A DNA stretch of 64,000 nt from Antechinus flavipes (taxonomy: Eukaryota), in the NCBI RefSeq assembly GCF_016432865.1, contig NC_067400.1, positions 63,612,001 to 63,676,000 of the forward strand, in the 5' to 3' direction. The notes under the pieces were generated by a model. That model made no database searches and was not told the DNA's origin. It worked only from the letters and a program-made list of their open reading frames with translations. Both the position numbers and the translations under genes were made by a program. Below are positions 36,197-47,504 of this stretch, in pieces (the stretch's first letter is position 1; each line of letters starts with the position of its first letter).

Positions 36197-36383
36197 CGTG
36201 GTGCCTAGGAGCAAGAAGGGATGAGGCTGCCGTCTGTGGGCTTCCAGCATAGCACCCAAGGGGAAGTCCGAGCAGACGTCGGCATTAAGAACGAAGAAGG
36301 CTTCGGGACCCCCGGCCAGGATCTGGTCTCGGAAATGATACAGACCACCTCCTGTACCTAGGGGGGCAAATTCCTGCAGGTAC
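36197..36383 (-). CDS. GMPPA: GMPPA coding exon 4 ([22 protein letters not shown]...LLGTT)
   Basis: CAG/GTAAGA, 187 nt; PLGTGG and NADV motifs. Confidence 0.97.
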
Positions 36384-36572
36384 CTGAAGCCCGGAAGACC
36401 AGATCCCCCAGATGAGATCCGGCAAGAACCCCCTGCGTCCCCGATCCATCTTATCCCCGGGGACATCCCCCCACCCCCTCCGGTTCAGGCCTAGAAACTC
36501 AAAGGCTCTTTCCGTAGGTGACAAACCCCGGGTACGTAGGGGGGCCCCAGAACCTCCCCCTCCGCCCCCCAC

Positions 36573-36676
36573 CTGATAGGAAGGTTGAACTCCTGTTGAG
36601 CAGCCTCCAAGAACCGTGTCAGTGCCTCATCTGGTTGGTAGAAACCAATGAGGAGAATTTCCTGCATGCCATGAAC
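36573..36676 (-). CDS. GMPPA: GMPPA coding exon 3 (VHGMQEILLIGFYQPDEALTRFLEAAQQEFNLPI)
   Basis: AAG acceptor, GTGGGG donor, 104 nt. Confidence 0.95.
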
Positions 36677-37229
36677 CTTCAAAGGGATTCGGGGATAAAG
36701 TTGGGAAAAGAAACGTGCAGCGTTACAAGGAAAGCCAGGGGCTGGCACAGGACCGTGAAGGACGGAAACAGGCGCCTATTAAGCGCCAACTATATGCCAG
36801 GCACTGTGACTTAGAAATATTCTTACTGACCCACCCCTCCATCCATCCTTCCCTCCNNNNNNNNNNNNNNNNNNNNNNNNNNNNNNNNNNNNNNNNNNNN
36901 NNNNNNNNNNNNNNNNNNNNNNNNNNNNNNNNNNNNNNNNNNNNNNNNNNNNNNNNNNNNNNNNNNNNNNNNNNNNNNNNNNNNNNNNNNNNNNNNNNNN
37001 NNNNNNNNTTCTTTTTTTGCTTCCTTCCTTCCTTCCTTCCTTCTTTTTTCGCTTGCTTCCTTCCTTCCTTCCTTCTTTTTTCGCTTGCTTCCTTCCTTCC
37101 TTCCTTCCTCAATACCTTCCAGTTATGACTTGAGCTCTCATTGGTGGGCCAACAAAAAGTCCCAAGGCAAGTGTTTTGGCCAGAAAGCCTGAGAATCTTC
37201 CCTCCCAGAGGGTTGTTGTTTTTTTTAAA

Positions 37230-37530
37230 TAGGTATAAAAGGCCATCCTTTGCCTCACTTCTTTCTTACTTCGCCTTAATCACTGAATGGGTGTTGCCTC
37301 TGTCAAACTGAGACCTAGTAAATGTCTTTGCTTTAAAAGGCCGAGGCTTCCCACAGCACCTGGGGCTATTTCCTGGTAGGGACCAGGCCACTGATTCCAG
37401 ATGCTTCTGGAGGAGAAAGTGAGGCAGGGGGCCTTGCCCAACCCTCCCTCATTTCAATGCAATTCACTTGCAAGTCATGCTAGGTCACCTCCCTCTAGGT
37501 CTTCTTCCAGAACAAAAGACAAACTAAACT
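37230..37530. mobile_element. Marsupial RTE-related SINE (WALLSI-type)
   Basis: ccttaatcactgaatgggtgttgcctc...aaactgagacc...ggaggagaaagtgaggc; family name from memory. Confidence 0.5.
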
Positions 37531-37809
37531 GGATCCAGCCTGAGATACAGGCGGGTTAAGCACCTGAGAGACATTTTACAATCTCAGTAATTTTTTTTAC
37601 AATCTCCATTTTACAGCTGAGGAAACTGAGGCAGAGGTGAAGTGACTGGCCCAGAATCACCCAGCTGGTGTCTGGGAGACTCTGGTCTCCGGGCTCTGCC
37701 CCAGGAGACGAGCGAGGGTCTTAGAAAAAGGACGGGTCCCCCCCAGCACAGGGGAGCCCCTCCGAGCACCGCTTCGGCTAGCAGGGTCTGCACTGCTTGG
37801 GGGAATTAC

Positions 37810-37907
37810 CTGGGCACAGGCCTCTATGTGATGCTGGATCATGGGGACTCCCGCCACAGGAAAGAGTGGTTTGGGCACTTCAAAAGACAAAGGCCGGAAT
37901 CTTGTCC
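37810..37907 (-). CDS. GMPPA: GMPPA coding exon 2 ([32 protein letters not shown])
   Basis: CAG/GTAATT, 98 nt; GTRFRPL...PKPL motif. Confidence 0.97.
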
Positions 37908-38069
37908 CTGGGTTAGGGAAAGGTCCTTAGGCTCCTCCAGCCACAGGGCACCTGGACACCCTCCCAGGGGCGGGGGCGGGGGGGGGGGTCACAAGTAGCC
38001 CATCCTGGCTACCTGGAGAGTGGAAGGGGGTCAGGGAATTCCCAGAGAGGGAGCAGAGAGGTTCCTCAC

Positions 38070-38109
38070 CCTTCTGGGGACCTCCAATCAGGATCACCGC
38101 TTTGAGCAT
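38070..38109 (-). CDS. GMPPA: GMPPA first coding exon (MLKAVILIGGPQKG); mannose-1-phosphate guanylyltransferase regulatory subunit alpha
   Basis: ATG 38109, GTGAGG donor; GGPQKGTR insertion distinguishes GMPPA from GMPPB; TAG acceptor at 38132-38134 implies an upstream non-coding exon. Confidence 0.96.
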
Positions 38110-38529
38110 GATGAAGGACACCTCCTAATCCCTAAAAACCCCAAACAGACCCTGTAAGGACTCTAAAGGTCCCCAAATCTCTCCCTTCCAACCCTGAACC
38201 CCAAGTCCCCAAAGGGACCGCCCTCACACTCAACTCTACAGATCACAATACCCCATACCCCAACAAACCCCAAACTTCACGATCCTAAGCCCAAACCCAG
38301 ACCTAGAACTCTGAACCTCAACGCTGCTCCCACCGGACCAAATTTCAGACGCCCCTCAAGTCCTTTAGGTTCCAAACCCCTAAATCCATGAATCCCGCAA
38401 GATGGCGACCAGACACGAGACTTTGAATCTAACAGACTCAGGATGTGAAGTCCAACCTCCACAGACCTTGAGCCCAATACTGCCTTCCATGAGTCCTGGA
38501 ACCCTGACTAGCCCCTGCACTCTGATGCC

Positions 38530-39500
38530 CCTAATTTCTGTGGGTGACCCCTGGTACAGACTCTGTCCGTCACACACACCTCCGCAATCAGTACAGACGC
38601 TGAACCCCAGCACTGACCCTTCTGGGGGCCCCACAGATTCGGGCCCCCCATAATCTCTGTGGGTGACCCCTGGTACAGACTCAGCACTGACCCCGTCACA
38701 CACACCTCCCCAATCAGTACAGACGCTGAACCCCAGCGCTGACGCTTCTGGGGGCCCCCCATAATCTCTGTGGGTGACCCCTGGTACAGACTCAGCGCTG
38801 ACCCCGTCACACACACCTCCGCAATCAGTACAGACGCTGAACCCCAGCGCTGACCCTTCTGGAGCCCCCGCAGATTCGGGCCCCCCATAATCTCTGTGGG
38901 TGACCCCTGGTACAGACTCCGCGCTGACCCCTTCACACACACCTCCGCAATCAGTACAGACGCTGAACCCCAGCACTGACGCTTCTGGGGCCCCCGCAGA
39001 TTCGGGCCCCCCCCAGTTTCTGTGGGTGACCCCTGGTACAGACTCAGCGCTGACTCCGTCACACACACCTCCCCAATCAGTACAGAGGCTGAACCCCAGC
39101 GCTGACCCTTCTGGGGCCCCCCATAATCTCTGTGGGTGACCCCTGGTACAGACTCCGCGCTGACCCCTTCACACACACCTCCCCAATCAGTACAGACGCT
39201 GAACCCCAGCGCTGACCCTTCTGGAGCCCCCGCAGATTCGGGCCCCCCATAATCTCTGTGGGTGACCCCGGTACAGACTCCGCGCTGACCCCGTCACACA
39301 CACCTCCGCAATCAGTACAGACGCTGAACCCCAGCGCTGACCCTTCTGGGGGCCCCCACAGATTCGGGCCCCCCATAATCTCTGTGGGTGACCCCTGGTA
39401 CAGACTCCGCGCTGACCCCGTCACACACACCTCCGCAATCAGTACAGACGCTGACCCCCAGCGCTGACGCTTCTGGGGGCCCCCACAGATTCGGGCCCCT
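38530..39500. repeat. VNTR of ~126/~110-bp units, 8 copies, in GMPPA 5' UTR intron
   Basis: Anchor gtgggtgacccc at about 38540, 38659, 38770, 38896, 39022, 39132, 39258, 39384. Confidence 0.93.
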
Positions 39501-39739
39501 CCCCCGTCCCATCTCCACAGATGACCCCTGCTACAGGACCCTGCCTTTCCCCTTCACACAACCCTCCGATCAGTACAGATTCTGACTAAAGCCCAAAATG
39601 TCAGGCCCCCCAATCGCCACAGACTCTGAAGCCCGACGGACCCCTTCAAACGCCCCCCCCCCGGGAACCTGACGGGGAGCCCGCCCCGCGCTGCTCTCCC
39701 CCAGATCTGCACCCCACAGCCCACCTACGCCAACGCCCC

Positions 39740-40060
39740 GCGCGGCGGGGGAGGGTGCGTGCACGCGCACGCGCGCCGGGGGAGCAGCCCGACTCCCCGG
39801 TCCCCTCTGCCCCTCACATCAATCAGTCGCACCGGGATGCCTCGACGGTTCCGAAATCCTTCCGCACACGTGTCCTCTCGGACTTCGCGATAACTCCTCG
39901 GCGGGGCATGCCGGGAGTTGTAGTTTCAAAGATTTCCCTTCCCTCCCCGTAGCAAGTTACTGAGAAAGAGACCCCCCAGGGGGCGGAGCCTTAATAGCTA
40001 GGGGGCGGGGATACACCGAGGGGGCGGGGGGAGAGTCCGGAGAAGGGCGGGGCCTCACTG
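39740..40060 (-). promoter_or_regulatory. GMPPA: GMPPA CpG-island promoter with ZNF143/THAP11 (ACTACA) motif and GC boxes
   Basis: 39906-39925 reverse complement AACTACAACTCCCGGCATGC; several GGGGCGG boxes 39979-40052; NRF1-like gcgtgcacgcgcacgcgc near 39757. Confidence 0.75.
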
Positions 40061-40447
40061 AGAGTCTGAAAACCAGAAGAGAAATTGTAGGATTTGGAGA
40101 TGTCAAGTTAGCGACAGACTAACCTCTGACACGGGGCCAGGGCTTCTCCCCAGCAGGAGGCGCCGCGGGAGGGGCTCAGAGAGTGGGCTTCAGCAAGCCA
40201 GGAAAGGCTAGAAGTCACCCAGACCGGGGCCGGTGGGGGAACAGGGCGGCCTGCCAAAGCTAAGGGTANNNNNNNNNNNNNNNNNNNNNNNNNNNNNNNN
40301 NNNNNNNNNNNNNNNNNNNNNNNNNNNNNNNNNNNNNNNNNNNNNNNNNNNNNNNNNNNNNNNNNNNNNNNNNNNNNNNNNNNNNNNNNNNNNNNNNNNN
40401 NNNNNNNNNNNNNNNNNNNNNNNNNNNNNNNNNNNNNNNNNNNNNNN

Positions 40448-40835
40448 GAGGAAGTAAGGAGGAGGAGGAGGGGGAGGAGGAGGGGGAGGAGGAGAGAGAG
40501 GAGGGGGAGGAGGAGGGGGAGGAGGAGAGAGAGGAGGGGGAGGAGGAGAGGAAGAGGAAGTAAAGGAGGAGGAGGGGGAGGAGGAGAGGAAGTAAAGGAG
40601 GAGGAGGGGGGAGAGGAAGTAAAGGAGGAGGGGGGGGGGGGGGAGAGGAAGTAAAGGAGGAGGGGGAGGAGGAGAGAGAGGAGGGGGAGGAGGAGGAAGA
40701 GGAAGTAAAGGAGGAGGAGGAGGTGGGGAGGAGGAGGGGGAGGAGGAGGGAGAGGAGGAGGAGGGAAAGGAGGAGGGAAAGGAGGAGGAGGAGGAGGAGG
40801 GGAAACAGGAGGGGAAGGGGAAGGGAGAAAAGGAA
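40448..40835. repeat. (GGA)n purine-rich low-complexity tract beside an assembly gap
   Basis: Direct reading; recurrent GAGGAAGTAA(A)GG. Confidence 0.9.
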
Positions 40836-41557
40836 GAGCCTAAGACAGGGCCACCTAGAGCTGAGGCTCTCACTTGGTGAGGGAGAGTAATAGAACTAAG
40901 GAAACTTGGACTCGATGATATTCCATCCTGTCCTGATTTAGAATTTAGAAATCAATCCTCACTCCCCACCCCGCAATTTGCCTGTGAGGAAGCTGAAGCC
41001 CGGAGGTTAACCGATTTCTCTTCTCTGTTTTTATAGCTAATAAATGTTTCTTGATTAAAGATAAAGAAATTTCGGTTCAGAGAGATAATAGCTAGTACTT
41101 ATAGTATTATATTACAAGCTTTGCATGTTACTTTACATGTGACTTCATTTTTATGCTATTTCATAACTCTAGAGAAAGTAGGTGTTACTATTCTTCCTAT
41201 TTTACAGATGGAGAAACTGGCTTAGAGCGGTTCGTGGGGCCTGTCTAGGATCCCCCAGCAAGTCACAGACTTGGATCCAAGCCAAGAGCACGGGGAGTGG
41301 TCGCTCCCCTCTGCACCACTAGTGGCTTCCCTAAGTACTCCCTGCTAACGCCGCCTGAAGCCTCTGTCCAGAGTTCCTCCCGATAGACCAGAGAGCTGTC
41401 TGTTAGATGAGTTCCAGGAGCCCCTTCCAGCTCTGCTGTTCTGTGATGCTCACATAGGGACACAGGGAGGGAAGGGGCAGCTTGGGAAACGGGACTCCCC
41501 TCTCTCCCTACCTCCCCATAGGAAGATGACACAGGCAGCCGTCAGATCGACCATAAC

Positions 41558-41563
41558 TTTATT
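41558..41563 (-). terminator. SPEGNB: SPEGNB polyadenylation signal
   Basis: AATAAA on - strand 67 nt after the stop. Confidence 0.7.
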
Positions 41564-41629
41564 ATCCGCAGATCGAGAAAGAAAGGATGTCGCGACGGCC
41601 CCGGCACCGGGAATACCGAGGATTCCCCC

Positions 41630-41768
41630 TCAGGCAACATCCACGCGGGCAAAACTCTGGTCCATCCCCAGGCTGTTCTCCACGTAGACCTCATACTTGC
41701 CGCTGTCCTCAGCTGTGGCCCGGCGAATGGTCAGCGTAGTATTGGTGTTCCCGATCTCGTAGAACACC
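41630..41768 (-). CDS. SPEGNB: SPEGNB last exon (VFYEIGNTNTTLTIRRATAEDSGKYEVYVENSLGMDQSFARVDVA*)
   Basis: CAG acceptor, TGA 41630-41632; Ig DSGKY motif; joined CDS 711 nt = 236 aa. Confidence 0.92.
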
Positions 41769-41869
41769 CTGAAAAGGAACACCTGTGTTGGCGGTCCCCC
41801 AGATGACCTCGAAGGCCAGGGCCCATCCCCCACCGCTTCCGGAGCTCCACCCTCTGCCCTGTCTCTCGC

Positions 41870-42011
41870 CTGTCATCCTCTTCGATGTCCAGCCCGTCCT
41901 TGGTCCATCCCACGTCGGGAGGTGGCTCGCCTAGGATTTCCGCGGTTAGAGTCACCGTGGTTCCTCTGCGTGCTTTAGTATTGTCTGGTCCCTTCTTGAT
42001 CTTCGCTGGGA
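41870..42011 (-). CDS. SPEGNB: SPEGNB coding exon 3 (PAKIKKGPDNTKARRGTTVTLTAEILGEPPPDVGWTKDGLDIEEDD)
   Basis: TAG acceptor; 142 nt; donor AG|GCGAGA (GC); Ig I-set GxPxPxVxWxKDG. Confidence 0.88.
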
Positions 42012-42532
42012 CTATTAGGGCATTAGGGGGATGGATGAGAAAGAGTTCCTCCCTCCCGCCTCCTCTCCCGGGACTTGCCCACCGCAGGATGTAGAACTGA
42101 AAGGAATTTAGGGAGAGTCCTTCTTCTTTTAGGCGTGGGTAGTCAGTCACAACCCTGAGCCTCAGCGCTTCTCATGTATAAACACGAGTATACAACTCCC
42201 TGCACCACCTCACTCCCCGGGTGTTGGGGAAAGTACTTACAAAGTTTGGAAGAGCTAGAAAAAATCTGGGGAATATATTTACAGACAAAGACAATGTCGC
42301 GCGGAGAGTTAGCCCCACCCTCAGCCCCGTGGGGAACGCGAAGGAAGGAGCTCTCCCATGACCTTGGACAAGCACTTTTAGCGACCTCTGTAATACTGCC
42401 AGCCCCGTCCCCCTCGCAGACGGGTGGGATGGATGGGGTGCGCTGAAAACTGGGTCTGATCTGTTCAGGGAAAGCTCGAAAAATCCAACAAACTCCAAGT
42501 GTTGCTGTGTGACGGGGCCCAGGAGGTCGTAC

Positions 42533-42840
42533 CTTCCACGAGTATCCGCGCAGAGTCCGAGCACTCGCCGAAGGGATTGGACACGTTGATGCTATACTGG
42601 CCTAGGTCGGCGAGTTCTCCGTCGCGCACCACCAGGGCCACCACGTCGGGGTCCTCGAAAACGTAGCGGTACTTGGGCCCGTCACGGAGCTCCTTGCCGT
42701 CTTTGCTCCAGCGGATAAAAGGGTCAGGAAAAGCCGAGATCCGGCAGGACAGTTTCGCTGCGCTTCCCTCGATCAGAACGACGTCCTGCAGCGGCTGCAG
42801 GACGCGGGGTGGACCCTTTTCTTTCAGCTCTTTCCGGGAC
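42533..42840 (-). CDS. SPEGNB: SPEGNB coding exon 2 (SRKELKEKGPPRVLQPLQDVVLIEGSAAKLSCRISAFPDPFIRWSKDG...DLGQYSINVSNPFGECSDSARILVE)
   Basis: CAG/GTACGA, 308 nt, open frame; Ig I-set domain. Confidence 0.93.
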
Positions 42841-43342
42841 CTGTTCAGGTTAACGCCAATCTTCCATCCTGTCCCTTACGGGGCAATTCCAGACCAACCC
42901 TCTCCCAATAAGAGACAGATGGATCACGGGAAGGTTTCCCTTCTGTCTTTCCTCTTGACTCCATACCCTAACTCAGCCTTCCCTTTGCTTGACCTCTAGG
43001 TCAAAGCCCACGGCTGCTGTAGGATACCTCCTGACCCAGATCAAACACATTCCCGGGACCAGCCTTCCCCAACCTCTCTGTCCCGGTCTCTCTCACTCTA
43101 TCTCTGCTCTGTTTCTGTGTCTGTCTCTCTCACTTTGTCTCCATCTCTCTTTCTCTGTTTCTGTCTCTCACTCTCTGATTCTGTCATTCTCTCTGTCTCT
43201 GTCTCTTCTCCCATGTGTGTATGCTGTGTAGATCTCTCTGTCCCTCCCTTTCTCTCCCACGTCCCTTTCTCAGAGACTCTTTCGGAGGCTTGGAGAATCC
43301 TGTCACTCAGGACCGACTCCAAGACGCTCCCACCCTTCTCAC

Positions 43343-43464
43343 CTGTGGCCCCGGTAAGAGGCCTGGATGCGGATGGCAGCGCTCTGCACCTGGGGGTCAT
43401 TGATGTCCAGGGTGCAGCCTGGAGGTGGGGCCGCTGGCTTCTTGGCCGGAGCTGCTTTGGACAT
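43343..43464 (-). CDS. SPEGNB: SPEGNB first coding exon (MSKAAPAKKPAAPPPGCTLDINDPQVQSAAIRIQASYRGH), IQ motif
   Basis: ATG directly after a CAG acceptor (43465-43467), GTGAGA donor, 122 nt. Confidence 0.92.
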
Positions 43465-43576
43465 CTGGGGGAGCAGATAGTGACCACTAATGCGAGGCCT
43501 AGACAGGAGCTCGTCCCCAGTACCCACCCCTCTCCCGGAGCGGAAACTGAATGGGACGCTACAGGTCCGAACTCAC

Positions 43577-43680
43577 CACGGGGCTGGGGGCGGAGGGACC
43601 AATAAAAAGGGCTTGAGTCGAAGGGCAAGATTAGCGTTCAGCGTGAAGTTCCCAGGACAGCACAGGACTGGACGCGGAGG
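43577..43680 (-). other. SPEGNB: Predicted non-coding first exon of SPEGNB
   Basis: GTGAGT donor at 43571-43576; TATATAAA ~25-30 nt upstream; 5' boundary inferred. Confidence 0.55.
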
Positions 43681-43703
43681 GCAGGTAGCCCCGCGCCCCT
43701 GGC

Positions 43704-44152
43704 TTTATATACATCTCCCCTCCTCGCCTTGTTTGGCGAGGTAGCCCCTGGTCCCCCCGGGACCCCAGGCTTCGTCTACCCAGCCCGAGCTGGATCCTTA
43801 TTTAGCCCGAGGACGCCAAGGATGCTGGCTCAGCCGTCGCTGCTCACTCGTGGGGGAAACCCGAGTGGCCCTGGGGCCCTCATAGCGTCAGCAACTTGAC
43901 AGCTGGACAGCGAGACACCGCCCCGCTCCCTATCCCCACCCCACCCCTCCAATAGCAGAACCCTTGGGGAGGATAGAAGCCGAAAGTGCCGTTCTCTTCG
44001 TGAAGTTCCAGTATACCCACTAGACCAATCACAAGAGGTTAACGGGGCCACTCTGACCAATCAGGTCAGACCCTCGGTGCCCAGGTCTGAGCCTGAACTT
44101 TCTAGCTAGGAGCTTCCAGGTTTCCTCTCCCCCACCCCCAACACCAACCAAT
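43704..44152 (-). promoter_or_regulatory. SPEGNB: SPEGNB proximal promoter: TATA box, CArG-like site, E-box, CCAAT boxes
   Basis: TATATAAA 43704-43711 (-); CCTTATTTAG 43796-43805 (1 mismatch to CArG); CAGCTG 43900-43905; CCAAT at 44025, 44057, 44148. Confidence 0.55.
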
Positions 44153-44486
44153 GGGCTGACCGGAGGACACAGCGAATAATAGAAGTCCAGCCTCCACCCT
44201 CCTAATGCACACTCTTTTCCGTACTGTTTTCAGAGTATTGGGATCAGATGGTTTCTTGAAGCTAGATGTAGCCTAATCTAAACCCTGATTTCCCCATCTC
44301 CTTTAGAGAAGCAATTCATTACAGTGGAAATATCACTGGATTTTGGAATCAATGAACTTGGGCTGTTTTCTCAGCTGTAAATGAAGAAAGTTAGACTTGA
44401 TAACCTGAAAGGTATCCGTCACCTCTACAGGTATTATTCTACAAACCTATCATATTTCCTCAGCTTATGACCTTGGGCACCTCATT

Positions 44487-44710
44487 TGCTAGGTGTGCGA
44501 TGGATAGTGCTGAGCTTAGAGTCGGGAAGACCTGGAATCAAATGTGGTCTCAGACGCCAAGTGTGTGATTCTGGGCAAATCCTTTCACCTCTCTTTGCCT
44601 CATTTTTTCAACTATAAAAACATCTCCCTCACAGGATTGTCTTGAGGATTAAATGAAATATTTGCAAAGAGTTTAACATAGTACCTGACATATAGTTAAT
44701 AAATACTTCT
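44487..44710 (+). mobile_element. MIR-family SINE
   Basis: tRNA-like head, gaagacctggaatcaaat, ttgtcttgaggattaaatga, tacctgacatatagttaataaatac. Confidence 0.65.
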
Positions 44711-46214
44711 TCCCTTCCCATTTATTTCCTACTAGTTTTGGCCCTGCAATATTAGATCTAACATTTCTTGATTGCGTAACCTTGAGCAAGTCATTAAATT
44801 AATTGATCATCAGTTAGCTCATCTGGAAAATGGGTTATTGTGAAGAAAATCCTATATAAATCTGAATTATAATTAGACACAACCTCATCCTTTGGTGTTA
44901 ATCTGACTGGATCATAAGGAGAGTCAGGATGTCTGGAGAAACAAGACAAATGCCACCTGAAGTTCTAAGATTGTTAGGCAGAGTATTATAGTGGACAGAA
45001 TATCGGATTTGGGGGCAAAGAACCCAGTTTCAACTTCACTATTATATGAACCTGTAAAAGTGATTTCCTAATTTCTGAAATGAAAGGGTCATATATCAAA
45101 TTGCTTGCCATCTCAGGAAGTAGGGAGAGAGAAGGGGAGAGATATTGAAATTCATTTTTTAAGTTAAAAATTGTTTTATATAAATAAATATATGTGCATG
45201 TGCATAATATGTAAATGTATGATTTGTTGTCTCCTATTAGAACTCAAGTTGTTGTTATATATATATATGTCGGGACCATTGCATTTACTGTGTTTGTATT
45301 CTTAATACATGACACATAGAATGTGCTTAGTATTTGTGACCAAGAAACATTTCAATCTATGAAAAAAAATTGTTTTTAAATGTAATTGGGAAAAAGGAAA
45401 TACTTTTTTTAAAAAGAAAGAAAGAAAGAAAATGAGAGGACTGGACAAAAGGATATCTATGCTCTCTTCCAGACCCTAATCTCAGATGACTTGTATGACC
45501 TTTGGCAGCTCTACATCTAGGGGTAGAAGAGACCTCAGAGGACCTTCCGTTTATAGATAAAGTGACACAAGGCAATTCTTAGATTGATGAAAGGATTTTG
45601 TTTTTCCCTATGAGAGGAAAAATAAAATCCCTTCCTCAATCTTAAATATTTTAAATAATATACCTTCGTAATTATAGAATCCAAAAAAACTGAGCTTGTC
45701 CTAGCTGGGGCAGACAGCCTGGGAACTTTTGTGGAGGAGCAGCTTGGACTCAAGCGACAGAAAAGAAAATTGCCAATTAATATCTCTTTCAAGTCATGAG
45801 TTTCTTAATGGTCATTGAGTCCATTTCCATTTGGGGTGATGGCTTTTTCTCCTTCACTCAGGGCAGAATCATAAAGATTGAGGGAGAAGCACAGGTAGGA
45901 GAGAAGGGTGGTACTGCATGAGTCTATCAAGCTGCAAATCCCAAACTCTAGGTCACTTCTGGGTTGGACTGTTCTACATTATAGTCCTGCTCTAGATGAC
46001 CAATTTGGCTGGGAGCCAGAAAGCTCTTGCTAAGTTAGAGAAGGAAATGAAAGTAATAGAAGTAAATGTGGAGGTCATTTAAAATATATATATATTTGAT
46101 TATATGATAAATTATACTATTATATTTTATATAATAGGAAATATTAGATTATAATATGTAATAAATGTATATATATATATATATATATTATATAAAGTGT
46201 GTGTAAGAATACAC

Positions 46215-46800
46215 TGCAAGCTCAGCAAAGGGGATGTGCCAGCTAAAAACTAATGCCTTCTAGATTGCTTTGAGAAAAATCACGTCCAGAATAGGGGAGG
46301 CCATAACCCTGGTCATACCATTTCTAGGGTACTGTGTTCAGTGCTTGCTGCTACACTTTAGGCAAGCTGAGAAGCATCCAAAAGACGACCAGGATGATAA
46401 AAGTTCTGAAGAAAACACTTTGTCAATATCATTTGAAGGAAAGAAGGATGTTTCAATTGGAGGAGAGATGACTTAGAGATTCTGTGATAGTTATCTTTAA
46501 AATTTTGAAGATATTATATGAAATAGGAATAAGATGTGGTCTGCTTGTGGGGGCTCCCCTCTGCCCCACCTCAGAGGACAACCAGATGTGGAAATAGTAG
46601 AGAATTAAAGTTTGATAAAAGGAAACATTCCAAACAATGAAAGCAATCCCCAAATGCAAGGGACTGGCGGGGGAGAGAGCAGGCTTCCCATCACCAGAAA
46701 TCTTCAGGTAGTGGTTGGCTGGATGACCATTTGCTGAAGAGGTTATAGAGAGTGTTCTTGGTCAGGTAAAGGGCTTCCGTAAACCCCTGAAAATGCCCTA
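46215..46800 (+). mobile_element. CR1/L3 LINE 3' remnant
   Basis: gggtactgtgttcagtgcttgctgctacactttagg...gaccaggatgat; cccatcaccagaaatcttcagg...ggatgaccatttg. Confidence 0.6.
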
Positions 46801-47312
46801 CCTGCAAAATAGCCTCTGGGATCTCTTTCCGTCTACAGAATCAAGATGCCCTCCTGAGCAACAGCTCAGCTGGGTCATAGAAAAGGATGGGAGCACAGAA
46901 TTGATCCCCCCAGGTTATCTTGCAGCTATTCAGGACCCATATAAACCTTAGGTTTCATGGGATCTTGCAGTTCTAACATAATGATTCAATTATTTCAAAA
47001 AGAAAAAAAAACTGAAGCATGCTGACTTATGGTTAAAGGTAGAATTAACCGGTTTCCCACCGATCCAGGTAAATGGTCCTTGATTGGGTCCTGTCACTAC
47101 AGATAGACTTCTCAACTCTGGTGTACATTCCCAGGGTGCAGCTGCTGCTGGTCAAGCACCTGCTTGTAGTTATTCCTGCGTACCAGTTGTGTAGCTATTC
47201 GTTCTACCTTCTTTTGGGGTGTGTTTTCTTAGTACCCAGTGCAGGACCCACATAGGAAAGATGGTGGGGTCCAAAAACCACTGGTCTGGATTGGCATCTT
47301 GGCTTAAAATTT

Positions 47313-47504
47313 CAGGGGTCCTCAAACTACGGCCCACGGGCCAGATGCAGCAGCTGAGGACATTTATCCCCCTCCCCCAGGGCTATAAAGTTTCTTTATT
47401 TAAAGGCCCACAAAACAAAGGTTTTGCTTTTACTATAGTCTGGCCCTCCAACAGTCTGAGGGGTAGTGAACTGGCCCCCTATTTAAAAAGTTTGAGGACC
47501 CCTG
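47313..47504. mobile_element. 192-bp non-autonomous hAT transposon (OC1/OposCharlie-like MITE)
   Basis: Perfect 16-bp TIRs CAGGGGTCCTCAAACT (47313-47328) and AGTTTGAGGACCCCTG (47489-47504); degenerate TSD gcttaaaa/gcttagat. Confidence 0.8.

Noticed and set aside
36677-36679. AAG acceptor and weak GTACAG/GTACGC donors
   Set aside because: Still canonical GT-AG; exon phases close properly.
38380-39430. Repetitive ORFs (228, 222, 117 aa)
   Set aside because: Translations of the GMPPA intronic VNTR; GTG/TTG starts, no splice or homology support.
42174-42446. 90-aa + strand ATG ORF inside a SPEGNB intron
   Set aside because: No recognisable homology, promoter or poly(A) support.
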